Shown in pieces: positions 50,935 through 64,000 of a stretch of DNA of 64,000 bases. Below the pieces are notes generated by a model. It did not search any database and was not told the origin of the DNA. It was given only the letters and a program-made list of their open reading frames with translations. Made by a program: the position numbers and the translations under genes. This DNA comes from Octopus vulgaris (Eukaryota): the NCBI GenBank assembly GCA_951406725.2, contig OX597837.1:13144001-13208000 (forward strand), written 5' to 3'. Each line of letters begins with the position of its first letter. Within the stretch, counting starts at the first letter, position 1.

Positions 50935-51990
50935 GATGTTGTTGGCATCCTTTTTGTCTCGGGAGACAATGGAGTTGTGCATAAAATAGTCTAGTCCGGC
51001 TTTTACATTTCATGTCCTAATACATTTCCTGCTGTGGCTGTGTAGCCCTATCCTGGACAAACACTCCCTCTGGCAGGTGCCGCAAATGTAGCGAAGACTG
51101 TTCCTGGCTTGTTGTAATGTCATAGTTTCTTGCTGACGTTTTTTCTTGTCTTTCCATTTCTCCTCTCTCTCTCTCTGTTACTCCTTTGTATTCCCTCTTT
51201 TACGGTACATCGCCAATCTCCACGGTTGCTGGCAACTGCTTCCCAGTTGCTAATATTGATGTTGCAGGCCTTCATGTCCCTTTTGCAAACATCCTTGTAA
51301 CGTAAGAACGGTCTTCCCACAGACCTAGTACCCCTAGCAAACTCTCCGTAGAATATGTCCTTGGGGATTCTGCCATCTTTCATACAGCTAACATGCCCAA
51401 GCCATCTCATACGTCTTTGTGTGAGGAGTGCAAACATGCTTGGTATTCCTGCTCGCTTGAGGACATCTTTGTTGGGGATATGATTCTGCCATTTGATGCG
51501 AAGGATTTTCCGGAGGCAGCGCAGGTGAAAGATGTTTAGGCGACGCTCTTGGCATGTGTATGGCATCCAAGTCTCACTTCCATACAGTAGAGTGCTAAGT
51601 ACACATGCCTGGTAGATCTTCATTTTCGTGGTCTTGGTCAGCTTATTGTTGTCCCATGCCCGTTTGGAGAGTTGGGCCATCGCAGCAGCTGCCTTGCCAA
51701 TGCGTATATTGAGCTCAGCATCAAGGGATAGGTTGTAGGTGACGGTAGCGCCAAGATAGGTAAACTTCTCCACCTCCTGTAATCTGTGGTCTCCAATATG
51801 TATGTTTGGGATGTCCGATGTAGCCTGACCCATGATGTTGGTCTTCTTGAGGCTGATAGCTAAGCCAAAGTCGTTACATGCTTGCTCAAAACAGTTGATG
51901 AGCCTTTGTAGGGCTTCTTCTGTGTGTGATACCAGAGCGGCATCATCAGCAAATAGCATCTCCTTGATCAGGCCACTTCTCATTTTGGTC
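50935..51990 (-). mobile_element. 5'-truncated RTE-clade LINE (RT C-terminus, thumb, C2H2 tail, 3' UTR)
   Basis: 287-codon ORF LFADDAALV, FGLAISLKKT, FTYLG, VLSTLLYGSETW, RWLGHV, RPFLRYKD; CGTCQRECLSRIGLHSH in a shifted frame; ends in (CAA)(CAT)n. Confidence 0.95.
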
Positions 51991-52327
51991 TTGCTACTGC
52001 CATTACTACTGCTGTTACCACTGCCTCTGCTACTGCTGATAGTGATATTGCTGCTGCTACTACAACTGCTGCTGCTGCTAATGATGAATATTAGTGGTTG
52101 AAAATAAATATATAAAACAAACGTAGAAAAAAAAATGAAAAATCTAATAATAATTTAACATTACTTAAAAAGGTAGTGGGTAGCGAACTTCTTCACTACT
52201 TCAGGGAGTGACGACCCTGCCTGACACGAGTTCCGGGCTCAGCTGGCTCCGGCTGACAGTACCCAGTATGGGCCCCTATCCAGGGTTACGGAAGGGAGAC
52301 AACCTACAAAGAATATATATATATATA

Positions 52328-52843
52328 TCTATATATATAAAACTGTAGTTGTGTGAGTGTCTGTCTCCTACGATTTAGATTCCTAACTCCTCCCACATTT
52401 TGCGGTGCAGTTTAACCAAATTCGGGTATCTTATAGTCGTGATTAATATCGAGCCCGTCTGGCTATTAGCGCGCATCTACGATGAGTCTACGATTTTAAA
52501 AATAATTTAACATAATTTTTTATTCCATTTTAATGCATAATTTTTCGTGTGTCGATGGCGGCGGAGTTGGCGTCCATGCTCAAACACCTGCACCTATGTT
52601 TGCTTCTCCCCCTTCTTCCCTCCCTCGTGAAGCTGTGGGGAAGGGAGTTTAAGGAAATCAACGTTGTAATGCGTTGTCAAGGAGACCAGCGTTCTTTTAG
52701 AACAACGACTTCATGGCTTGAAGACACCAAAACAGAAATGGCTAAGAAAGCCCGAATTGGCATCTATAAGGAAGTAACTCTCTAAAAATGCTTATATAGT
52801 TATTTCCCTTACAAACCCGAGCAACGCCGGGCGATACTCCTAG
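52328..52843 (+). mobile_element. Non-autonomous Helitron, copy 1
   Basis: A|TCTATATATATAAAAC 5' end; hairpin CCCGAGCAACGCCGGG then CTAG. Confidence 0.85.
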
Positions 52844-53237
52844 TCTTTATATATAAAAGAAAGGTTGTGTGTCTGTCTACTCCGATTTAGATTCCTAACT
52901 ACTCCCACATTTTGCGGTGCAGTTTAACCAAAACCGGGTATCTTATAGTCGTGATTCATATCAAGCCCTTCTGGGTATTAGCGCACGTCTACGATGAGTC
53001 TAAGATTTTAAAAATAATTTACCATCATTTTTTTCCATTTTAATGCATATTTTTTTAAATATAAGGGAAGTAACTCTCTAAAAATGTCTACGATGAGTCA
53101 ACGATTTTTAAAAAAATTTACCATAATTTTTTTCCCATTTTTAATGCATTTTTTGCTATTTTTTGTCTATAACTCTCTAAAAATGCTTTATAGTTATTTC
53201 CCTTACAAACCCGAGCAACACCGGGTGATACTGCTAG
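52844..53237 (+). mobile_element. Non-autonomous Helitron, copy 2 (head-to-tail)
   Basis: Starts TCTTTATATATAAAAG immediately after the first CTAG; ends CCCGAGCAACACCGGG...CTAG|T. Confidence 0.85.
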
Positions 53238-53269
<32 letters not shown>

Positions 53270-54336
53270 CATATATTTAAAATTTAAAAAACAAGTATTG
53301 GTGGGGGTATCGATTCTTTGACTAAAATTCTGTGAGGCAGTGCCCCAGGATGGCCTCGGTCTAATGACTGAAAGAAGTAAAAGATATACATAACATACTA
53401 CATATCGTTTGTTTACCGTCATTAGACTGCTGCCATGTTGGGGCACCACCTTTGAAGAACTTTTAGTTAAATGAATCGGCCCTAGTAATTATTTTATCTT
53501 GTTTCTTTATGCCTGGTACTTATTCTATCGATCTCATTTGCTGAACTGCTAAGTTACAGGGACATAAACACAATAATACCAGTTGTTAAGTGGTGGTGGT
53601 GGTGGTATCGACACATCTAACTGGCACTCTGTCAGTTACGACAACGAAGGTTCCAGTTGATCCGAGTAACGAAACAGCTTGCTCGTAAGATTAATGTGCA
53701 AGTGACTGAGTACTCCACAGACACACATGCCCCTTCACATACTTCTCAGGGAGATTCAGCATGACACAGAGTGTGACAAGGCTGGCCCCTTGAATTACAA
53801 GTACAAATCATTTTTGCCAGCTGAGTGGACTGGAGCAACATGAAATAAAGTGTCTTGCTCAAGGACACAGTGAGCCACCAGGAATTGAACTCATGACTTA
53901 ATGCTTGTGAGCTGGATACCCTAACCGCTAAGCCATGTGCTTTCATACACACACACACACACACGAACATACACACAAACACATATGTAGATGTTTTGAA
54001 AAGTTCCTGGCTTCAGGTAAAAGAAAATCCAGGAGGATCAATTAACTATGATTTTATCCAACATATTCCCTTCTCAGATTCACACCTGAAGAACATACCT
54101 CAGTTTTTTAAACAGCATATCGGTAAGAAAAGAAAAATAATACACACACACTCTATTTACTTTTACATGGCTGCATTTGACTTAGCTGAAGTAAGTGACC
54201 TGTTTGGACCATTTGGTCTTAAAATCCCCCACCACTGCCACATCCATTAAGAGCAACCCTTACCAAGAGAACAGCTCTTTGATCCTTAAAACATGACCCT
54301 ACTTCTACAAACAAAGTCAGAAAACTCACCTCCTTG

Positions 54337-54925
54337 GGATCTTTTCCTTTTGGACGGCAGTTTTCAACACAATTTCTAGTTAACTAAACACTTTTAGACT
54401 TTGTATACTGGTAGAATGTGTCAAGATAAAACATTTTTTTCTCTTGGCTTTCTTGAGAAAATTGTAATTTGTAAGTTTAACGTAGTTTAATTTTTCGAAT
54501 TTTAACCAATCAATGGCCTCTATTGAGCTAAAATCATTTGCTGCATCTAAAACTGAGACAACATCCTGTCACTAACCCTAACCCTAAATTTTAGCCTTTC
54601 GTTTTTTTTTTCTTAATTGTTAAATTAATTTAATTGTTATGCGTGTGTCTAAAATTATTCGTTTTGCTTTCGTTTTAGCCCTTCGTTTTTTTTTTCTTGT
54701 TATCCTTAAATTAATTTAACAATTAAGAAAAAAAAAAAATGAAAGGCTAAAATTTAGGGTTAAGGTTAGTGATAGGATGTTGTTTGTTTTAGACGCAGCA
54801 ATTTTCTCAAGAAAGCCAAGAGAAAAAATGTTTTATTTTGACACATTCTACCAGTATATGAAGTCTAAAAGTGTTTAGTTAACTAGAAATTGTGTTGAAA
54901 ACTGCCGTTCAAAAGGAAAAGATCC
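54337..54925. mobile_element. Merlin-type foldback MITE with 8-bp target-site duplication
   Basis: CCTCCTTG|GGATCTTTTCCTTTTG ... CAAAAGGAAAAGATCC|CCTCCTTG; long inverted arms; internal CTAACCCTAACCCTAA. Confidence 0.9.
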
Positions 54926-56185
54926 CCTCCTTGCTTAAGCAATTTGATCAAAATATGACCAGCAACACAGCTCAACTTTGCCTTAAATATTGATTTCAAA
55001 TTTTGGCACAAGGCCAGCACCTATGTACCTAGACAAAACCCCCAGTACAATTCACAAGATACCCCTAAGCAAATTCCTACACAAAGACATCATATACACC
55101 ACCAAAATAATATCTATCTTATCTGAAAATTACTACAACGCACTAACCTTAAATGCCTTCTGTTTTACAAGAATACCTCTCACACAGGAAAGACTTTGAG
55201 ATGATTAATCTATTTCTTTGCTACCCACAGGGGGCTAAACACAGAGGGGACAAACAAGGACAGACAAATGGATTAAGTCGATTATATCGACCCCAGTGCT
55301 TAACTGGTACTTATTTAATCAACCCTGAAAGGGTGAAAGGCAAAGTCGAACTCGGCGGAATTTGAACTCAGAATGTAGTGGCAGACGAAACACTGCTAAG
55401 CGTTTTGCCCGGCATGCTAACAATTCTGCCAGCTCACTGCCTTCAGATGATTAATCTAACGGAGCCACCAGTTTTGAAGGTTTTGTTTGTTTGTTTTTTT
55501 CTAGGATTTTAATATTGAGATTGGTTTTCTCAAAGGATTCTCTTAAACTAATTAGCTAATTCTCCATTAGATTTTGGAAATACTATCTATATACTCTTAT
55601 CTTACCACACATGGCACTTGGCTATTATTTCATTATTAATTCTAACGACAGTATAGGGTGGCTCCAAGTTGATGGCTGGGCAGAATCATTGACACATCAG
55701 ACAAAATGTCCAGCAACATTTCTTCCAGCTTTTCACATTCTCAGTTAAAATCCACCAAAATTGACTTTACCTTTCATACTTTTGTGGGGTCTGCTAAATG
55801 AGTTCCATTTAAGCACTGGGGTTGTTAGGGATCAGTTTCTGCTTTTTCACCGGGATTGCTGGCCTTATACCAAAATTTGAACCCATTATTGTTTCTAACT
55901 CCCCTATTCCAAAACTTTTATGGCACAGAGAGCATTCTCTGCCTGCATAAAGCTTTAGGATAATTTCAAACCTTTTCTCGGTTCTTTTATACACCCTGGG
56001 TCCCTCCTTTTGTGTGTGTACACCAAATAAACGCATTCGAAAGATAATACTGAATGTGTTTTTGTCATTTTTAAGGTTGGAACATTTGCAACACATTTCT
56101 TATTGTTCCTTCAGGATCTGCCTTTCTGATGTGTATCAAATAGCTATATACAGGTGGGCGTGTATGCAGATGCAGATACATACAT

Positions 56186-56224
<39 letters not shown>

Positions 56225-56388
56225 CAGATATATATATATATATATATACATTATATATAAGGGCTTAGTAAAATAAATTACTTTGCCACATACTGAACTC
56301 ATTAGAAATAGCAGCTAAAGAAATTTCTTCAGCTATTTCTAATACTTAAAGAAGATCTCTCTCAGATAGTGTTTGCCTAAACCAACTC

Positions 56389-56444
<56 letters not shown>

Positions 56445-57818
56445 AATAGCTATATACAGGTGGGCGTGTATGCAGACATATATATATATATATATCAAAT
56501 AGCTATATACAGGTGGGTGTGTATGCAGATATATACACACAAGTGTGATTTTATCGATTATCTTATTTCTAAACTGGTATTGCTTGTCTTTTTCTACCAC
56601 TCTACTGGTTAAATACACCAAAAGAGTAGAAATCTTACTTCAGTAGGTTTCAAATGGCCCTGGGGTTAAGAAGCTCACTTTGTAAGTTTTTAGTTCAATT
56701 CCACTGCATGACACCTTGAGCAAGTGTCTTCATTACTCCCAAGCTGACAAATGCTGTGTGAGTGAATGTGGTAGATGGAAACTATGTGGAAGTCCATCAT
56801 GTGTGTGTGTGTGTTTATGCTGGTGCTTGTTCCCCACTGGTGTTGGTTTGTTTATATCCCTACATTTTGTCCGAAACACTGACAGAATAAATAAACTTAA
56901 TCACTAAATATTGGTGTTAATTTACACTTTACTCTTTTACTTGTTTCAGTAATTTGACTGTGGCCATGCTGGAGCACCACCTTTAGTCAAACAAATAGAT
57001 TGATAGAACAAGTACTAGGCTTACAAACAAAAAGTTCTGGGGGTCGATTTGTTTGACTAAGTTATGGGGACATAAACACCCCAGCATTGGTTGTCAAGCA
57101 AGGGTGGGGGTGGGGGACAAATATGTACACACGTATACGATGAGCTTCTTTCAGTTTCTGTCTATCAAATCCACTGACAAGGCTTTTGTCAGCCCGGGGC
57201 TATAGTAGAAGACACTTGCCCAAGTTGCCATGCAGTGGGAATGAACCCCGAACCATGTTGTTGGTAAGCAAGCTACTTACAACACAACCACTCCTGTGAC
57301 TATTTGCTTACTAAAACCTTTCAAGGTGGTGCCCCAGCATGGCCACAGTTTAATGACTGAAATTAAAGCTAACATATAAAATATATATATGTATGTATGT
57401 ATGTATATGTGTTATGTACATACATATGTATGTGTTATGTACATACATATATATGTATGTACATGTGTGCGTGTGCATGTATATATAATGTATTATATTA
57501 TGTGTATTTATGAATGTATATATGAAAATAAGTGTGGAAGTAGACAAATATATGAGAGTGTGGTGTTCAGTTCATTTCCTCTCATGTTGGTTCACCAAGT
57601 CTCTCTTTCTATCATCAGTCTCTAACTCCATTTCCTCTCTCACCCTCTTTCTTCCCACCCTTCTTCTTCCCTCATCTCTCTGTTTCCCTTTCTCTCTCCA
57701 TATATATATATGTACTCACACATATAAATATGCATATATATATCTATATGTACATGTATACATATATATATATATGTATACACACACATAAACATGTATA
57801 TATATATATATACATATG

Positions 57819-57853
<35 letters not shown>

Positions 57854-57901
57854 TATGTATACGTATATACATGTCTATATATACATATATATGTTATGTA
57901 T

Positions 57902-57941
<40 letters not shown>

Positions 57942-58077
57942 GTATATGTATATACATAAAACATGTATATATATATGCTATGTGTATATATATATACATG
58001 TTTTATGTATATATATATGTGTGTGTGTATGTTATGTATACGTATATACATGTATATATATACATATATATGTTATG

Positions 58078-58116
<39 letters not shown>

Positions 58117-58362
58117 GTATATGTATATACACACATAACACATGTATATATACGTATGTATGTATATCCCTGCTGCAATATCAATATTTCAAGTTGCTTG
58201 CAGCTTGGACAACCCAATAGAAAATTAGTTAATAATATGATGTATTCAACTCAATATGTATGTGTGTGTGGGTGGCAATGTGTGTGTATGTGTATGCAGT
58301 TATACGCTAATATGATTACACACAGAAACACACATACACATACACACATAAACACATATATA

Positions 58363-58417
<55 letters not shown>

Positions 58418-59149
58418 TTGTGCATGCATTATGTATATATTATATATGTGTGTCTATATTTGTTTATATTTATATATATGTTCGTGCATGTGTTCTGTGT
58501 GTGTTTATTCATAAGCTGCTTTTATGCACATGCCTAAAAATGTATGTGTGCGTGCGTGCATGTGTGTATGTTTGCCTACAAGTGAACGCCAGCTGTTGAT
58601 CTGCCGGCTAAACTACGTTACATAACGCGATCAGTGTAACCCTGTGTACATACACATACAGCGTCCATTAGCCGTTGCCAAAAACAATGTTCCATAAATA
58701 GCCAAACAAGCAAAGAATCCATTTATCAATGATATTTACCATATTTAGCGGTGCTCACTCTATACAATCAATAAAGACACCTCACCAACAAGTTAACAAA
58801 TCTAAATCCTTTTCTAAATATTTGATCTCTTGGCTCGAGAGAAACCTCTCTATTTTCTTTACCTCACTCCCTGTCGTTACCATGGATATTGGGAAACAAT
58901 GCTCCTTGTATAATGTATTTGGATATTAAATTTCTTTTACACTCCACTTTTAAAGTCTGACAGATTTTGGTTTTCCTCAGTTCAATTATCAGTTAAAATG
59001 TAAATCTACTGATGCGTAACGTGTTGCAACAAGTCGACCAGCATGGTTGGCTTGACCAATTGAGTTTGCGTCTTGTGGTGTATGCGGTAGATTTGAAATA
59101 GGGACACCTACATTCTCTTCGTCAACGGAGGCCTCTGCAGTGGTAACAC

Positions 59150-59400
59150 ACCCTTCCACGCGGCCCAACCCGAACACTAGAAATAGCAGCTGCTTTTCCC
59201 CTACCTTAACAATGAGCTCACACGTCCGACTCGCTCAGCTACCTTGATCGAAAAGGCCCAATGCTGCCCTGCCTGCGTGTGTCACTCTTGCCCCTTCCTC
59301 TTCCAATCAGCCCCAAGTTCCGGTCAGCTCCCCAGCTGCTGACCTCATCCCACACGTCTCACTGACCCGCTGTCCTGCTATCCATTTCGAAACTTCACTG
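59150..59400. promoter_or_regulatory. GC-richer non-repeat patch with CCAAT and ETS-like motifs; candidate promoter
   Basis: CCAATCAG and AGTTCCGG within about 15 bp near 59302-59323; CpGs retained. Confidence 0.3.
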
Positions 59401-59974
59401 ACTTGTTCCAACTTACTTTTAGCAACTCAGCTGACCTATTTCCCACTCGAGTGTTCTTGAGTGACTGACCCCTAAAGGGGATTTTAATGTCCACTACTAA
59501 TATGTAGTGACCAGCAGTGCAACAGGGGGTGCACTGGAGACAGTCTACCACAGACAGCACTTTTGAATCTGCTGTATAAGCCTGTATAGGGGGCAGGAAT
59601 GGCAGGGGAAGCAAACTCAAAGCTTGCTCTGGGTGACACACATTCTAGATGCACCACTGGCAGTGGCCCTTCTTTTGTGGTAAACTAAGAATCCCTTCAT
59701 CCATATTGGTTTCAAATTTTGGCACAAGGCCAGCAAGTGTAGGAAAGGGTGTAAGTCAATTGCAGTGACCCCAGTATTCAACAGGTACTTATTTTATTGA
59801 ATCTGAATGGATAAAAAAACATATTCAACTGCAGCAGAATTTGAACTCAGAACATCAGGTCAGAAGAAATGCTGCAAAGTGTTTTTCCCGATGTGTTTAC
59901 AATTCTGCCAGCTTCCCACCCGACCCCTCCATCCATATTACTAGCAAAGTAGACTTGACTTTTTAGCGCTGTTA

Positions 59975-60510
59975 ACCAACCAGATGTTTTAATGTTGATC
60001 TCAAAGACATGGAGACACCAAATTCATAGAATATTCTCCTCTTTTCCACATCATTTGTCTATGAGTCATGTTATACAGTACAACTGACCAAGGTGTTTTA
60101 ATGTCCACCTTCAAGCTACAGAGACATCTGGTTTATGGTGTGGCTGAACAAATCAAAGTAATTTGTTATTTGGAATGGTTGATCAACCAGGTATTTCAAT
60201 GTCCATCTCAAAGCCACAAAACCATCGATCTGGTCTTTGGTACAGTTGATCAAATGATAGTTTGTCTGTGTCGGTCACCAAAGAAGCTGGCTCTTTTGCA
60301 TGATCGATCAACAGAGTTTCAATGTCCAGCTGAAAGCCACAGAGCCATCTGTCTGGTGTATAATATATTGTTGACCAAGTGTTATCTTGTCTAAATCAAC
60401 CATCAAAGACTATTGTCCTTTTGTATGGTTGTCCAACCATACCAAATGTTTCAATGTTGACCTCAAAGCTATGGAGACACCTAGTTCATAGAATATTTGA
60501 CCAACTGTCC
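59975..60510. repeat. Old degenerate tandem repeat, about 5 units of 100-125 bp
   Basis: Recurrent GTTTYAATGTYSA..TCAAAGCYAYRGARMCA motif. Confidence 0.6.
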
Positions 60511-60519
60511 CCTTTTCCA

Positions 60520-60790
60520 CATAATTAGTCAATGGTTTTGGGGTCATAGCCATAGACCCACATTTTATCACCTGTTGCGACTGTTTCCAGATGGTTTTCG
60601 TCTTCCTCGATACAATGGAGGAGATCCTGCACAGCTGGAACCTGATCCTCGTTTTTCGAGATGGCCACACTCAACACTCTTCACTTCCAGGTCAATCTGT
60701 ACCAAGCGGCTGCACTCTGCACATGCCGTAGCTCTATTACTATGACAACAGTCCCAATGCGTTTTGACCAGACCACATATACTTCTTTTG
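60520..60790 (-). mobile_element. Degraded mariner transposase fragment
   Basis: Minus strand VATGDKMWVYGYDPKT (mariner ITGDETW..YDPE motif). Confidence 0.7.
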
Positions 60791-61628
60791 CAACTGTCAC
60801 ATAAAAACCACTTCTACTATAACCACCACTAGTCACAACCACCAACACTTCTCAATTAATCAATGCAACCAAGGACCACTGCCACCATCACCACCAGCTA
60901 CCATACAGGGGGGAACCTCTACGTGGTCTCCTGTCTTGCCTGAAACAACAGTCAGGTGTCCCTAAGCTACCATCCTACAGTCTTAAAAGACATGCTATGT
61001 CTCAGATAATGCATTGCTGGATATATTATGTATGTTAAGCACAGACAGGATGGCCATTGAGAGAACCAACTGGGATAATGGATGCTTTCAATCGAAACTG
61101 ACCAGGAACTAAACCACCACCAGTTCAACAGCTACTTTCACTTGACTGGACTTCATATTTGCTCATTTACTCTCTCATTCACTCACACACACAGACACAC
61201 ACACAAAGAATCTCTTGCTCACTCACGCACACATACACACATCCACACACAGACTCACTAACACACACACACATTCATGCACAGACACATACACACTCAT
61301 ACATACACATGCACACACACTCACTCTCTCACATATGCATACATACACATGCACACACACACTCACTCTCACATATGCACATACACACTCTCACATATGC
61401 ACATACACACACACACACAAAGAATCACTCACTCACACACAGACTCACTCATTCACTTACACAGACTCATGCATTCACGCACAGACTCACTAACACACAC
61501 TCACTCATTCACTTACACACACACACATGTACTCACACAGACTCACTAACGCACACACACAGATTCACATTCACACACACACACACTTGTTCATTTATGC
61601 TATTGCTCACTTACTCATTTGTTCATTC

Positions 61629-61673
<45 letters not shown>

Positions 61674-61769
61674 TATGCACACACACGCACACACACACAC
61701 ATGTGCTTACTTTTCATATACAATCAACAGATTAGACTGTTGAAAATGAAAAGAATCCTAACATATCGG

Positions 61770-61990
61770 GCTACAACAAGTAACCTTAGATGCCAAGAAC
61801 CCTCCTAAGTAGCTTAGCTGTCCCTAATAACAGTTTTCCACAGCTGTACTAATCTGGGTTTTACGCCTATTTCCTCTATCCATTTGTTCAGATTTTTAGG
61901 GATAGTTCCCAATGCACCTATAACTACTGGGATACATTTTACCTGCACTTTCCATAGTCTCTGTAATTCAATGGTTAGGTCCTGGTATTA
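61770..61990 (-). mobile_element. R4/Dong-type LINE 3' fragment
   Basis: YQDLTIELQRLWKVQVKCIPVVIGALGTIPKNL. Confidence 0.75.
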
Positions 61991-62009
61991 TCATTATTAT
62001 CACCGTCAT

Positions 62010-62710
62010 CATTATTATTGTCTTTGCACAGCTTCTAATGCTGGAGATGTACTACGGTGTCAGTTGTTCACTACCAGTGAACTAAGGACGCCACCTCTTA
62101 TTTTTCAAGCGCCATCTGGAGTATTCGAGTGCTTCCAAGCAGTGCTGATTTCTGCAAGTGCTCCACCCTTATTGCAGCCCCTATTCAATCCATGTACTTC
62201 CCAAGATTTTTTTTACTCACTGTTCCCAGAGCTCCAACAATTATTGGTACTACTACCACCTTTTGCATCGACCACAACTGCTTAACCTCCCAAGCTAACC
62301 TGTCATATCTATCGACTTTTCTTTCTTCTTTATCACACACCTTGTTGTCAGCTGGGTATGCTATATCTATGATCCAGCATAGTTTGCTTTCTTTCTCAAT
62401 TAACACTCTGTCTGGGTTCCTATTCTCTATCTCATGGTCGCACTGAATCATAAAATCCCATAGGATCTTTGCATTATTTTATATGGTGCCTTCAGATTTG
62501 TGGTCGTACCACTTTTTTGCTCTGACAAGTCCATACTTGTTGCAAAGTGTCCAACAGGCAATCCTTGCTACATTGTTATGACGTCTCTTTTATTCCTTCT
62601 GGGCTACTGGCCTACATTGACTGGTAATATGCCATACGGTTTCTCCATTTTGTCCGCAATTCTGCACTTTTCACTTTCTGATGTTTTGTCTATTCTGTAT
62701 TTGATATAAT
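62010..62710 (-). mobile_element. R4/Dong-type LINE 3' fragment (zinc-knuckle remnant plus RLE endonuclease)
   Basis: RHNNVARI, KILWDFMIQCDHEIENRNPDRVLI, IIDIAYPAD, VVVVPIIVGALGTV. Confidence 0.88.
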
Positions 62711-63009
62711 TTGTTGTTGTTGTTGTTCTTCTTCTTCTTCTTCTCATTATTATTATTATCATTATTTACAGTTAAGGCAGTGACCTGGCAGAATTGTTAG
62801 TGCGTCAGACAAAATGCCCAGCAGCGCATCTTCTGACTCTTTACATTCTGAGTTCAAATCTCACTGAAGTCAACTTAGCCTTTCATCTTTTCGGGGGAGG
62901 GGGAGGGGTCAATGAAATGAAGTACCAGTAAAGCACTGGGGTCAGTATAATCAACTTGCACCCTCCCCTCAAAATTATTAACATTGTGCCAAAATTAAAA
63001 CGTATTGCT

Positions 63010-63029
63010 ACTACAACTGCTGCTGCTCA

Positions 63030-63079
<50 letters not shown>

Positions 63080-63978
63080 AATAAGGATTTGTTTGGAAAT
63101 GACAATGAGCTTGGTTTGAATTTTTACCGTCATCACCATCACCATCACCATCACCATCACCATCACCATCACCATCATCATCATCATCACCATCACCATC
63201 ACCATCACCATCACCATCATCATCACCATCACCATCACCATCATCATCACCATCACCATCACCATCACCATCATCATCATCATCACCATCACCATCACCA
63301 TCATCATCACCATCACCATCACCATCACCATCACCATCATCATCACCATCACCATCACCATCATCATCACCATCACCATCACCATCACCATCACCATCAC
63401 CATCACCATCATCACCATCAGCAATAGCAGTGGCAGTGGCAGCAGTAGCAGCATCACTAATGTGAGATCAGGTGAATGAATGTATGTCAACAGGTATGAG
63501 TCATAGTCATCACCATTGCCAAGAGCATCAGTAGCATCATCATCATCATCACCACTACCACCACCACCACCAACAACAACAACACCATTGTACCAGCATT
63601 AGTCATCATCATCATCATCACTAATGTGATCAGCTAAAGGTATGTAAGTCAGCAGGTAAGTAGGAGTCGTTGTCATCGTCATCATAACCCAAATCACCAT
63701 CAGCTGCAACATCATCATCATCAACACCACCACCATCATCGTTGTCATCATCATCATCACCATCATCATCACCACCATCATTGTCATCGTCGTTGTTGTC
63801 ATCATCATCACCACCACCATCATCGTTGTCATCATCACCATCATCATCATTGTCATCGTCATCATCACCACCATCATCGTCATCGTTGTCGTCATCATCA
63901 TCATCACCACCATCATCATCATTGTCATCGTCGTTGTTGTCATCATCATCACCACCACCACCATCATCGTCATCATCA
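63010..63978. repeat. (CTA)n, (CACCAT)n and degenerate (CAT/CAC/CGT)n microsatellites
   Basis: Directly visible; source of the poly-H/L/M ORFs. Confidence 0.97.
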
Positions 63979-64000
63979 GTCTGTTATTTTTCAGTGAGGT

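Noticed and set aside
63005-63976. Signal peptide plus poly-His ORF, and Met/Val-rich ORFs
   Set aside because: Simple repeats with no splice or homology support

Overview
AT-rich, microsatellite- and SINE-dense eukaryotic DNA; the repeat landscape suggests an octopus or other coleoid cephalopod (inference). Two spliced genes can be rebuilt with phase-consistent GT-AG junctions. (1) The 3' part of a CCDC87-like gene on + has 13 exons from 1494 to the stop at 20431, including a 13-nt microexon. (2) A convergent BCL10-like CARD gene on - has coding exons 47930-47892, 32203-31924 and 30255-30134 (about 146 aa); its first coding intron holds a 12.1-kb array of about 75 x 161-bp satellite units that seems to have grown inside a Helitron-like element. 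Other elements: tRNA-derived SINEs, RTE and R4/Dong LINE fragments, mariner, pogo, piggyBac and Merlin-type MITEs, a Merlin transposase pseudogene and tandem Helitrons. The least obvious signal is a set of type I hammerhead ribozyme motifs with palindromic helix III (two look intact, several are decayed), in small (TA)n-associated Penelope-like elements, mostly in the sense orientation of the host introns. Most ORFs in the supplied track are microsatellite or satellite artefacts. All homology calls come from remembered motifs, not database searches.
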